NCBI GenBank assembly: GCA_950097015.1
Contig: CATNEN010000038.1
Location: 26,536,001 to 26,600,000, forward strand
Direction: 5' to 3'
Length of the DNA stretch: 64,000 nt
From: Macrostomum hystrix
Lineage: Eukaryota; Animalia; Platyhelminthes
How positions within the stretch are numbered: the stretch's first letter is position 1; each line of letters starts with the position of its first letter. The position numbers and the translations under genes were made by a program. Below, piece by piece: positions 1-9,416 of this stretch. The notes beneath the pieces are model-generated. The model was not told where the DNA came from. It made no database searches and saw only the letters and a program-made list of their open reading frames with translations.

Positions 1-60
1 CTTGGGATTTGAATTCCTTGAGAATCGAATAGGGAGCTTGAAAAAGAGATGGAAGGTAGT

Positions 61-132
61 GTCAGGCGTCTTGAGATTCGAACTCCCGACCTGTTAGACA
101 GAAGTCCAAAGCTCTAAACGCTAAGCTACAAC
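61..132 (-). mobile_element. tRNA-like fragment (SINE head or tRNA pseudogene, Arg-TCT-like loop)
   Basis: Minus strand reads TAGCTTAGCG (degenerate A box)...GGACTTCTGTC...GTTCGAATC (B box); no convincing acceptor stem. Confidence 0.45.
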
Positions 133-163
133 CTTCCCATTGAAAAAATCTGCCTTGCTTCAG

Positions 164-374
164 GGCTTTAAGGTACCCATTGCTGGCTGCTCCACTGGTG
201 ATCCTTCGCGTCTAATGCAGCGCCCTCAGCAGCAGCAGTATCAGCCGCCGAATCGGCTGATGTCAGACGATATCAAAGATGGTGCTGGCAACGAAGCCTC
301 ACTCTATGAAGAGGTGTCCGCTGGTGGCTACGCTGAAGCTATTGGCGAAATCGATGTTGGAGCTGATATTGTCG
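164..374 (+). CDS. JIP3/JIP4 JNK-interacting scaffold, first exon in window (acceptor at 164 or 173; gene starts upstream of window)
   Basis: Encodes SLYEEVS..IGEIDVGADIV, matching the JIP3/4 motif SLFEELS..IGDVDEGADL; donor G|GTGAGT at 375. Confidence 0.8.
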
Positions 375-516
375 GTGAGTTGATTTTGGTATTGAGCAAG
401 TTTTTATTTTTTGGTTTTAACGCCTTGATGAAGAACATTTTTAAAACATTCGCTTGCTTTACAACGGTATTCCCACACTGTTCTGTTCTGTTCCCGTCCA
501 CAAGTATTTCCCCTAG

Positions 517-900
517 GATTCTGATCCCATCCTCCAGGATTCTAATCCGAATCCACTGGGATTCTGATCCCATCCACCGGGATTCTGATCCAATCCACTG
601 GGATTCTGATCCCATCCACCGGGATTCTGATCCAATCCACTGGGATTCTGATATCCCATCCACCAGGATTCTAATCCCATCCACTGGGATTCTGATCCAA
701 TCCACTGGGATTCTAATCCCATCCACTGGGATTCTGATCCAATCCACTGGGATTCTGATCCAATCCACTGGGATTCTGATACCATCCACTGGGATTCTGA
801 TCCCATCCACCGGGATTCTGATCCCATCCACCGGGATTCTGATCCCATCCACTGGGATTATGATCCCATCCATCGGGATTTTGATCCCATCCATCGGGAT
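517..900. repeat. 21-bp minisatellite GGGATTCTGATCCCATCCACT, about 18 copies
   Basis: Visible tandem units. Confidence 0.9.
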
Positions 901-1139
901 CCCGTTCTGGTGTTCCAGGCAGTTCGTTATTTTCCACTGAATTATTTACTTAGTTTACCAGGTATCACATTAGGACTCAATTGTTTCTAAAGGAAATGAA
1001 TATTATATTTTTTGTAATTCAAAAGTAATTCTAAATTGATTCGTTATTCAAACTTTTAACCGTGTTTGTGCAAGCCAAGAAGTTATTTATGCCAAAGATA
1101 GTGCGCAGTTAGAATGCGCAAGACATCATCATTTTCGGC
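884..1139 (+). repeat. 256-bp direct duplication, left copy (right copy 5502-5757)
   Basis: Identical by eye at offset 4618; flanks the LTR element. Confidence 0.9.
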
Positions 1140-1144
1140 CACAT

Positions 1145-1331
1145 TGTGGTCTAATGTATTTGTGTAGATAGCAACGCCCGGGGTTAGCACGAAAGCTAGA
1201 GCCGCAAACACTCTTAACGCGGTCCTCGCAAACAAACAGGTAGAACGAATTGTCTATGGGATATTTAGCTGCAACGGTCAAATACTAGTTTCTATATAAT
1301 GAAAGTACAACACATATAAAAGTACAACACA
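1145..1331 (-). repeat. 3' LTR (187 bp, TG...CA)
   Basis: Identical by eye to 5316-5502; outer boundary ambiguous by 2 nt. Confidence 0.9.
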
Positions 1332-1360
1332 TCACCCCCTGATCTCCGGATCACAAGAGA

Positions 1361-4300
1361 TCAAGGTTCGTAACGGACCGGCGCCGACTTCACCCTATTA
1401 GACCGTCGTGGTTCGGCATCCCGCTCGACAGCTCGCTCCACCCCAGGAGGCTGCGGTTGCGTGTCTGGTGCCGGGCGGACGTCAGCTACGTGACGGGGAA
1501 GGCCATCGACCTCCACCGTAGACCCTTGTCCCTGGCCCGTCACGCGTCCCCTAGGCCACTCGTCGGTGCATCTGACGGCCGGCGGTTTAACAAACACTTC
1601 TGTTCCCACTGGCAGGGTGGGCGTGGGGCGTGGGTTTGCCTCCAAGGTCTCCAAGGCCTCAGGGAGAGACACAGTTGGCGGCTTCCAGTCATAGGTGCTG
1701 ACCATTCTGCTGGGCACGCTGTCCTTGCGAGTGCCATCCTTTGGAGCCATGTTGTACCAGAACACCATTTCCAGTACGTCCTTTCCGGTTCTGGCTGCCA
1801 TCCGCTTAATCGTCCGATGATTGCGCTCGACTATTCCGTTGCCTGACGGCCGGTGAGCGCAACGGAAGAGGAGCTGCACTCCCCAAGCCTCACAAAACGC
1901 ACGGACCTCAGCGGAGCGGAAGGTCGGTGAATTGTCGAGAAGCAGCTGCCAGGGAGGGCCCCGCTCTCGGAACACCTGCACGAGTATCCCGGTAATTGAC
2001 GCTGTCCGCTCGTCGGTGAGTTTTCGCCACAGCGAGAATCTGCTCGGCCCGCAGTCAACAATGGACAGATAGCGGTCGTCCTTAAAGTGGGTCACGTCGC
2101 AGGCCAAGCGCCACCAGTTTGCATCCACCTCGAGTCTGCCATGGTCCCAAACCATCGGCGCAGGGTCTACGGACTTGCATCGGATGCAGTTTGCAACGAT
2201 GCGCTCAACCTCTTCACGCAGTACCTCACGTTCAGGGAAGCACAGTTTGGCCAGGTAGAGCGTCCTGTCCACCCCGAAGTGGTGCTTCTCGTGGCACGCA
2301 CGGAGATCCATGTCAACGGGGCGCAGCGCCACTGCACAGAAGGGCCGCTGGCGCAGCCACTGTTGCGGTACTCGCGTCAGTGCGTCTGCCTTGTTTGCTG
2401 AAGATGGCACCAGCGATGTCAGTAGCTCGAGCTCGCACTCCGACGCCGTGTCTCGGATTAATGATAGCCGTTTCCGAACCAGAGCTTCACCGAGACCTTT
2501 GACTCGCACGGGCTTATCGCCGACAATCAAAGACTGGAGCCAGCCGTGCACGGTTGCAGAATCAGTCAACACTTCAACTTTCCTCGTACCCCAAGCGAGG
2601 GCAAGGTTGATACCCTTGAGGACCGCCTCAAGTTCGGCAAGATTGATGTGCGCAGCGTCGTCTTGTTTTCGCAACCACGAGGCGTCCTCCACGATTACGC
2701 CACCAATTTCGATGACGGCTCCAATGGCGATGCTGCTGGCGTCGCACCAGACGCGACAGCGCGAAGTCTCGTCAACGGTCCACACCCCAGCGACAGGATC
2801 TCGTTCCTGGACCATTTCGCTGATTTCTTGGGCGATCCGCATGGCAGACTCGCTGACGATAGCGTCCCACGCGATTGTGCTGGTGACCCGCTTCAAGTAG
2901 CTGCATGCGACACGCAGCCATGCGGCGACGGGGAAATGGCCTACTAGCTGGCCGCACCAGGAGAATAGTTGCCGTCGTGTTGCTGGACCTTTCAACTGAG
3001 AGAGGACATTGTCTCGTTTCCAGCAAGTGACCCCATCCTCTCGACGGTAGACGCGGAGGCCGAGCACGCGGCCCCCAATGAGGCTCTCAGGAGGCTTGGC
3101 TTCTAGCCCGAACCGGGCAAGCAACCCAGTTACGCGTTCATTCGGAATCTTGCTATTGTTCACAATAATGTCGTCAATGTAAGAGTCCGTGGCCTCACGC
3201 ACGTCGTCTTCCATCGACAGGACTTTGTTCACAACCGCCGTCATAATTTTTGGCGCCACGTTGAGTCCGAATCCTAACCGGGTGAGACAGTAACGGCGGC
3301 CTTTGAACCTCACTACTTGGTAGCGCCAGAGACTGGGGTCCAATCGCAGTTGTAGGTAGGCCTTCCGCAGGTCGATGATACTCGCATTCTCACCGAGCCG
3401 CCGCCAGGCCCGGAGCTTGGCGCCGCACACGACGCTTTCGGCGGTGTGGCTTGACACGTACTGGTTCAACTCGCGATAGTCGAGTACAGGCCGCACCTTT
3501 GCTTTGTTGGTCTGCACCACTGCCATCAGAGGGATGACGCCGTCACTGTCACCTTCGAACGGTAGCAGCCAACCTCGCTGAATCCAGTCTTTTATCTCTG
3601 ACTCATACTCGCCTACCGCCTCTGGTGGGACTCGGTATTGAGCTATCGTATTTGACAGTAGTGGGGCCTCATCCAGCCACTTCCATGCCACTGTCCACTC
3701 TCCATCGATAAACTTAGCAGAGAAGTCTTTTTCCTCAAGCACCAGGCACGCCTCGGTTAAAGTATTTTTCGCAAGCCTCGCTCCTCTTGCCGGACAGCTC
3801 ACAGGTGACTCGACCTCTCCTGCCGGACAGCTCACAGGTGACTCGACCTCTCCTGCCGGACAGCTCACAGGTGACTCGACCTCTCCTGTCGGACAGCTCA
3901 CAGGTGACTCGACCTCTTCTGCCGGACAGCTCACAGGTGACTCGACCTCTCCTGCCGGACAGCTCACAGGTGACTCGACCTCTCCTGCCGGACAGCTCAC
4001 AGGTGACTCGACCTCTCCTGCCGGACAGCTCACAGGTGACTCGACCTCTCCTGCCGGACAGCTCACAGGTGACTCGACCTCTCCTGCCGGACAGCTCACA
4101 GGTGACTCGACCTCTCCTGCCGGACAGCTCACAGGTGACTCCGCCTTTGGTTTTGAGAAAGCCTTGGCTACCGCAGCAGTCTCCAGCGCTAATGACTGCT
4201 CTTCAATACCGAAGCGGACACTGCGGCAATCTCGCTTCACAGAGACACCGCCCAATCGGCTGATAGCATCCATCCCAAGCAGCAAATCGAACCCAGGAAG

Positions 4301-4594
4301 GATGTCCATAACGATACATCGCAGCACTGGTAATTGGTGGCCTCGAACAGACAAAGCAACGTCAGCCTCCCATTCACATTCTGCTGAGTCACCATTCATC
4401 ATCGTGACCCTCTCGTGAACGGGACGTTTTTTAACTCCAGTAACTCGTGAAGAAACGATGGACCGCGAACAACCAGTATCTACTAAAGCAGTAACGACAA
4501 AACTATTAACATGAACACTTAACGATGGTAGGTGCGCCGGTGCACAAGGAAGCCCGTTGGCGCAAACATTCCGCGCTTCCATCACTCGTTTTTT
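1361..4594 (-). CDS. pol: Pol (protease, RT, RNase H, integrase), likely expressed via -1 frameshift
   Basis: LVDTGCS; VLDYRELN, DLRKAYLQ, YIDD; CDAS/ELEA/TDS/NKADAL; H-H-CxxC zinc motif and DVT..DNS..VER catalytic triad; no stops. Confidence 0.95.
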   Translation of the reverse strand, partial: KKRVMEARNVCANGLPCAPAHLPSLSVHVNSFVVTALVDTGCSRSIVSSRVTGVKKRPVHERVTMMNGDSAECEWEADVALSVRGHQLPVLRCIVMDILPGFDLLLGMDAISRLGGVSVKRDCRSVRFGIEEQSLALETAAVAKAFSKPKAESPVSCPAGEVESPVSCPAGEVESPVSCPAGEVESPVSCPAGEVESPVSCPAGEVESPVSCPAGEVESPVSCPAEEVESPVSCPTGEVESPVSCPAGEVESPVSCPAGEVESPVSCPARGARLAKNTLTEACLVLEEKDFSAKFIDGEWTVAWKWLDEAPLLSNTIAQYRVPPEAVGEYESEIKDWIQRGWLLPFEGDSDGVIPLMAVVQTNKAKVRPVLDYRELNQYVSSHTAESVVCGAKLRAWRRLGENASIIDLRKAYLQLRLDPSLWRYQVVRFKGRRYCLTRLGFGLNVAPKIMTAVVNKVLSMEDDVREATDSYIDDIIVNNSKIPNERVTGLLARFGLEAKPPESLIGGRVLGLRVYRREDGVTCWKRDNVLSQLKGPATRRQLFSWCGQLVGHFPVAAWLRVACSYLKRVTSTIAWDAIVSESAMRIAQEISEMVQERDPVAGVWTVDETSRCRVWCDASSIAIGAVIEIGGVIVEDASWLRKQDDAAHINLAELEAVLKGINLALAWGTRKVEVLTDSATVHGWLQSLIVGDKPVRVKGLGEALVRKRLSLIRDTASECELELLTSLVPSSANKADALTRVPQQWLRQRPFCAVALRPVDMDLRACHEKHHFGVDRTLYLAKLCFPEREVLREEVERIVANCIRCKSVDPAPMVWDHGRLEVDANWWRLACDVTHFKDDRYLSIVDCGPSRFSLWRKLTDERTASITGILVQVFRERGPPWQLLLDNSPTFRSAEVRAFCEAWGVQLLFRCAHRPSGNGIVERNHRTIKRMAARTGKDVLEMVFWYNMAPKDGTRKDSVPSRMVSTYDWKPPTVSLPEALETLEANPRPTPTLPVGTEVFVKPPAVRCTDEWPRGRVTGQGQGSTVEVDGLPRHVADVRPAPDTQPQPPGVERAVERDAEPRRSNRVKSAPVRYEP
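3788..4141 (-). repeat. 33-bp in-frame tandem repeat in pol (ESPVSCPAGEV x11)
   Basis: Visible in both DNA and protein. Confidence 0.95.
4548..4594 (-). promoter_or_regulatory. -1 ribosomal frameshift signal
   Basis: A_AAA_AAC in the gag frame, 7-nt spacer, then GGAAGC...GCTTCC stem; pol is in the -1 frame. Confidence 0.8.
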
Positions 4595-5292
4595 TGAAAA
4601 TCGGCGCGCTGCGGGCATCGAGCAGCCACATGTCCCGCTTTTCCACAAACAAAACAACCTTGATTCGCTCGGTTGCGTTCCATGCACTCTTTGCTCACAT
4701 GGCCCTCCTTGCCGCACGAGTAGCACGACATCACTTTGTTGCGTGGGGCGAACTTTCCAGCGCTTCGCGCATTTCCTGCGCTCGAGACAACACAGCAGGA
4801 CTCGCGACTGATCGTTAAGTTTCTAGCTTTCTCCGCTAGTTCATGGAGTTCGAGCTCTTTTAGAGAGCAGGAAGCGATCAGCTGCTGACTGACGGTTGCT
4901 GGAAGCCCGCGGACGAATGCGCATTTGATCCATTCTTCCCCGGGGATCTCGTCCACTAGGCGTGCAAGCCTCGTAAGATCCGCGAGAAAAACGTCCACGG
5001 ACTCCCCGGGGCCGAGCCTGCGTGACACGAACTCGTCGTATGCTTTGTACTTGTTTGGGCAGAACGCTGAGGTAAGAGCCGCTTTCAGAGTTTTGTAGTC
5101 CGACTTGCTTTCCTCGTTTAGTGCCTGGTACACGGCGAACGCACCTCCCGATAGAAATAGTGGGATGAAAGCAGCCAGGTCATTCACTTTTTGGAGCTTG
5201 GCAACGAGTTCGAGCTTCTGTGCCCAGCGCGAAAAATCCTCTTCACCGTCGTACTGCTTGATTATGTCGCTGAATTTGACTGCGCTTGCCAT
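4582..5292 (-). CDS. gag: Gag (236 aa) with two CCHC zinc knuckles
   Basis: First ATG after the LTR (MASAVKF...); CYSCGKEGHVSKEC and CFVCGKAGHVAARC. Confidence 0.9.
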   Translation of the reverse strand: MASAVKFSDIIKQYDGEEDFSRWAQKLELVAKLQKVNDLAAFIPLFLSGGAFAVYQALNEESKSDYKTLKAALTSAFCPNKYKAYDEFVSRRLGPGESVDVFLADLTRLARLVDEIPGEEWIKCAFVRGLPATVSQQLIASCSLKELELHELAEKARNLTISRESCCVVSSAGNARSAGKFAPRNKVMSCYSCGKEGHVSKECMERNRANQGCFVCGKAGHVAARCPQRADFQKNE

Positions 5293-5315
5293 CGTTGCGT
5301 ATTGCCGCGATAGCT

Positions 5316-5502
5316 TGTGGTCTAATGTATTTGTGTAGATAGCAACGCCCGGGGTTAGCACGAAAGCTAGAGCCGCAAACACTCTTAACGCGGTCCTCGC
5401 AAACAAACAGGTAGAACGAATTGTCTATGGGATATTTAGCTGCAACGGTCAAATACTAGTTTCTATATAATGAAAGTACAACACATATAAAAGTACAACA
5501 CA
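5316..5502 (-). repeat. 5' LTR (187 bp)
   Basis: Identical by eye to 1145-1331. Confidence 0.9.
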
Positions 5503-5757
5503 TCCCATCCATCGGGATCCCGTTCTGGTGTTCCAGGCAGTTCGTTATTTTCCACTGAATTATTTACTTAGTTTACCAGGTATCACATTAGGACTCAATT
5601 GTTTCTAAAGGAAATGAATATTATATTTTTTGTAATTCAAAAGTAATTCTAAATTGATTCGTTATTCAAACTTTTAACCGTGTTTGTGCAAGCCAAGAAG
5701 TTATTTATGCCAAAGATAGTGCGCAGTTAGAATGCGCAAGACATCATCATTTTCGGC
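5502..5757 (+). repeat. 256-bp direct duplication, right copy
   Basis: Matches 884-1139. Confidence 0.9.
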
Positions 5758-6924
5758 GCTGTCCTTTTAAGGTAAATTAACATCGCCGGGCGAATACTCC
5801 GGTGAGTTAAAAGTACATTTTTAGTTTCTCTTAGTTTCAGGTTTATTCTATTTTATTTTCTTCTCTTGTCTATTCCGATAGCTATTATAAGTATTTATCG
5901 AAGAAAAATCTTTTTTACTACTTAAAGTACTGATAAGTAGTGTTGTGGATTATTAGATTATTTTCATCTCCCTCTAAGTGGAAAAAGCCATGCAATTTGT
6001 CGTTGCTACGCTAGTCTGTGCTGTTTTAGCAGTCCATTTGCATTTATTTATTAGACAAATAGTCTATACCTCTTTTGCATGATTTTTAATTGAAATAAAA
6101 AATACAGCCTATATTTATTTTATCGGCCTCGTGCATGTATTTTATCAAATTGTTGTGCCCGTTCAATAATGCCTTATTAGATTTAATTAATCTTTATTGT
6201 ATTATCTACATTTAGGTGATTTTACTACTGACGAGTTTGAGGATAGCGGCGAGTTTGGTAAATTTATTCTACCAAAATTTGGCAGTCCTAACAACATTTC
6301 AAAAATGTATCTTGCTAACGATAACAATACTATGGTGCGTGTCTGTGTAATAGCCAGGATTGAATTGCTGCTACATTGATTGCATTATTTTCTGATTGGT
6401 CATTATTATAAATAATTCCATGTATGTAGGCTTAATTAAAATTTAATAATTCTATAAACGAACGTTCTTAATTTGCTATTTAATTACTCATAGTAGTTAG
6501 TAGAGGTTTTTAACCATATCGATTAGTATCAACATAGCTCGTAATTATATTTTAAGTAATTGTTTTTATTGAACACAATATTCAATTAAAATGGATGAAA
6601 GTTAAAATAATTGTTTGGGGATCAATCCATTATTTATTTTACGTTTTGTTTTCTCATTTTTAATACAGCTTCTGGTGAAGGCTTGTTTGGTAAGTTTCTT
6701 CATTTATTTTTTTATCGGCTTCTTTTCCGGTATAAAACTTTCCAACTTTATTGGATTTGTGTTTTCGGTGTGTTTAAAAATATTATCTTTATTCTAAAAT
6801 ACTTCCTCGAACTTTGCTTTAGCCGCTAGACTTTTTGTGAACTAATATGCAAACTAATAACTTTTTACTATATTATATATATATTATTTTATCTTATTGT
6901 TCCACCAAAACCAAACTATCTTAA

Positions 6925-7250
6925 ATGTGCATTCCCTACCGACAAGCCCAAACCAATCTCTATCCATTATGTACATTCCCTATCAGCCTGCCCAAACCAA
7001 CCTCTACCCATAATGTACATTCCCAATCAGCCTGCCCAAACCAACCTCCACCCATAATGTACATTCCCAATCAGCCTGCCCAAACCAACCTCTACCCACA
7101 GTTTACATTCCCTATCAGCCTGCGCAAACCAACCTCTGCCCACAGTGTACATTCCCTATCAGCTGTCCAAACCAACCTCTGCCCACAGTGTACATTCCCT
7201 CTCAGTCTGTCCAAACTAACATCTGCCCACAATGTACGTTCCCTATCAGC
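6925..7250. repeat. 44-bp minisatellite, about 7 copies
   Basis: TGTACATTCCCTATCAGCCTGCCCAAACCAACCTCT... units. Confidence 0.85.
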
Positions 7251-7650
7251 AAGCTTAACGAAACCCCCCTTCATAATCCACATTTTCTCCCAGATGGCCT
7301 GAACCAATCTTTAGACAGAATTTCAAAATTAGCGAAACAAAAGGAGTCACAGGCGCTCTAAGCTTTGGCATTCTAGTGTATATACTTGACACGTTTAACA
7401 GTGTTTAGTATCTTTATTGTCTGCTTTTTTCTTCTTTGCTATTTTTATTCCCCCTTTTAAGGTCTTAGACCTGTTCTTTTAAAAAAAATAACACATTGGC
7501 CAAAGTTTTTTGCCTATTAGCTTATGGATTTTTACTAGTAACGATGCCTAACGATGCATGCTTAAGCGAAAGCAAACTTACCCCAAACTTATATTAGAAA
7601 TAAGAAATACTATTTGGTTCTAACAAAATTATTTAACGCGAATATTGCAG

Positions 7651-7708
7651 GCATGAGTCGCGAAATTGAGAATCTAATCAAGGAGAATGCGGATTTGATT
7701 GAGACCAA
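7651..7708 (+). CDS. JIP3/4 exon (start of leucine zipper II)
   Basis: TGCAG| (G)MSREIENLIKENADLIET(K) |GTAAGT; phases join both neighbours. Confidence 0.9.
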
Positions 7709-7787
7709 GTAAGTGCTTTGTTAATATATATAAATGTGTTAGTTTTAAAAATCAATAAAATAAAATAACATATTTCCTTTTTCTTAG

Positions 7788-7844
7788 AAACGCTCTAAAT
7801 ATTGTCAAGGACGACTTGATTGCAAAGGTGGACGAATTAACTAG
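7788..7844 (+). CDS. JIP3/4 exon (leucine zipper II)
   Basis: TTAG| NALNIVKDDLIAKVDELT |GTGAGA; hallmark JIP3/4 sequence. Confidence 0.92.
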   Translation, partial: KRSKYCQGRLDCKGGRIN

Positions 7845-8012
7845 GTGAGATTTCGGACTGCCTGTTCTAATGTTGCCGATTTTTTGTATCTATGCTCTGT
7901 TCTATTCCCCAATCTGTTCCCAACTATTCCCCACTTCCTCTTCCCAACTCTTCCCCTATTCCTCTTCCCAACTCTTCCCAACTCTTCCCCATTTCCCAAA
8001 TCAAATCCGCAG

Positions 8013-8166
8013 CGAGAAGGACATGCTGAACGAGGAGGTGAACTCGCTGACTATCTTGAAGAACAAGCTCAAAGAGAAACTGGCAGAAATGGAGGCGGAG
8101 AATAAGGCGCTAAAAGAGGAAACCAAGAAAGCCAAAAGACAGCCGGATCGTGGCGACGATGAAGAC
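8013..8166 (+). CDS. JIP3/4 exon (coiled coil)
   Basis: GCAG| EKDMLNEEVNSL...DDED |GTAAGT. Confidence 0.88.
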
Positions 8167-8246
8167 GTAAGTGTGAGCAATCATTTCTCTTCTTCATGTT
8201 TTCTTTACAACTAATTTGATTGACTATTGTCCCACCTAACAACCAG

Positions 8247-8434
8247 GAGTCTGTCCCTATGGCACAGCGCAAGAGATTCACTCGAGTTGAGATGTCTCGT
8301 GTACTGATGGAGCGCAATCAGTACAAGGAGCGCCTGATGGAGCTGCAGGAGGCTGTGCGTTGGACTGAGATGCTGCGGGCCAATAAGGAGCCTCCGCAGG
8401 AGCTTAAAAAGAAGCGAGGAAGCCTGTTCGGATT
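8247..8434 (+). CDS. JIP3/4 exon (RH2 domain)
   Basis: [43 protein letters not shown], the RILP-homology-2 signature; donor GTGAGT at 8435. Confidence 0.95.
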
Positions 8435-8454
8435 GTGAGTTCCATGGGTTAAAG

Positions 8455-8765
8455 AGGATTGCTAGCCTAGTCGATAGGCAGATGGTTACAGTGGATTGCT
8501 AGTCTAGACTTAGTGGGTCAAGGATTAGAATGGATTGCTAGTCTAGACTTAGTGGTTCAAGGATTAGAGTGGATTGCTAGTCTAGACTTAGTGGGTCAAG
8601 GATTAGAATGGATTGCTAGTCTAGCCTCAGTGGATGAAGGATTAGAATGGATTGCTAGTCTAGCCTCAGTGGATGAAGGATTAGAATGGATTGCTAGTCT
8701 AGCCTCAGTGATTTAAGGATTAGAATGGATTGCTAGTCTAGCCTCAGTGATTTAAGGATTAGAAT
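8455..8765. repeat. 39-bp minisatellite, about 8 copies (same family as 51330-59128)
   Basis: GGATTAGAATGGATTGCTAGTCTAGCCTCAGTGGATGAA. Confidence 0.9.
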
Positions 8766-9115
8766 ATGCAGTTTTTTCTATGACTAAAATGTTTGTATTG
8801 TATAGAAATTTTTCTAAATTGCATAAAATAATTTTGTTAATGATGAACAAAGTCGTAAGTTTAGTGTAATTAAACATTTATTACTTTAATATACCAAACT
8901 CTGTGTCTCTCCGTCATGCAGCTTGTAAAAAAACAATTCTCTTAGTAAGCAACCGTTCATAAGTAAAAAAACGTTACTTTAAAAATGTAATCTTCACAAT
9001 GCATCTAAGTATATATATTTGCCATAAGAAACTATTGTTACTCTATAATACTACTCATAAACTTGTGGTAAGTAGTATGATGAAGAAAACCTAGAAAATA
9101 TGTCATCACTTTCAG

Positions 9116-9176
9116 TTTCAGCGGTCTTTTAGGCAGTCAGCCACCTTCCGCCGCTGCGGAAACGGGCGGTGGCGGC
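9116..9176 (+). CDS. JIP3/4 exon (3' end uncertain: 9176, 9180, or read-through to TGA at 9204-9206)
   Basis: TTCAG| completes (F)FSGLLGS, like JIP FFSRLFSS; donor is ambiguous. Confidence 0.6.
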
Positions 9177-9416
9177 GTTGGTGCGACCTCGAATGACGCC
9201 GCCTGACACCGCCATTGAGCCCAGCTCCTTAGTACCTCCGCCCCAGTCTATAACCTTGAACTAACTGTTATTCCAATCCTTGTTTTTGTTTCATTCAGTT
9301 AGACAGTCATATTAACTTTGGTCAACTGCAGGGATCGGCTAAAAAAATATTGTCCCTAGTGTCAAAGAGGGAATCAAAGAGATGACACTGATCGGGAGAT
9401 AAAACTCAACTTAAGG

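Larger units (their letters stand above)
1145..5502 (-). mobile_element. Full-length Ty3/Gypsy LTR retrotransposon (about 4.36 kb) in a JIP intron
   Basis: Two LTRs; gag with CCHC knuckles; pol in PR-RT-RH-IN order; purine tract AGGGGGTGA before the 3' LTR. Confidence 0.96.

Noticed and set aside
140-940. 266-aa ORF as a standalone gene
   Set aside because: A JIP exon reading through its donor into intron and minisatellite
1457-4818. Plus-strand ORFs within the retrotransposon
   Set aside because: Antisense shadows of GC-rich pol; no env-like or other recognisable protein
5293-5406. N-terminal extension of gag in the ORF track
   Set aside because: Non-ATG start inside the LTR; the first ATG after the LTR is at 5292
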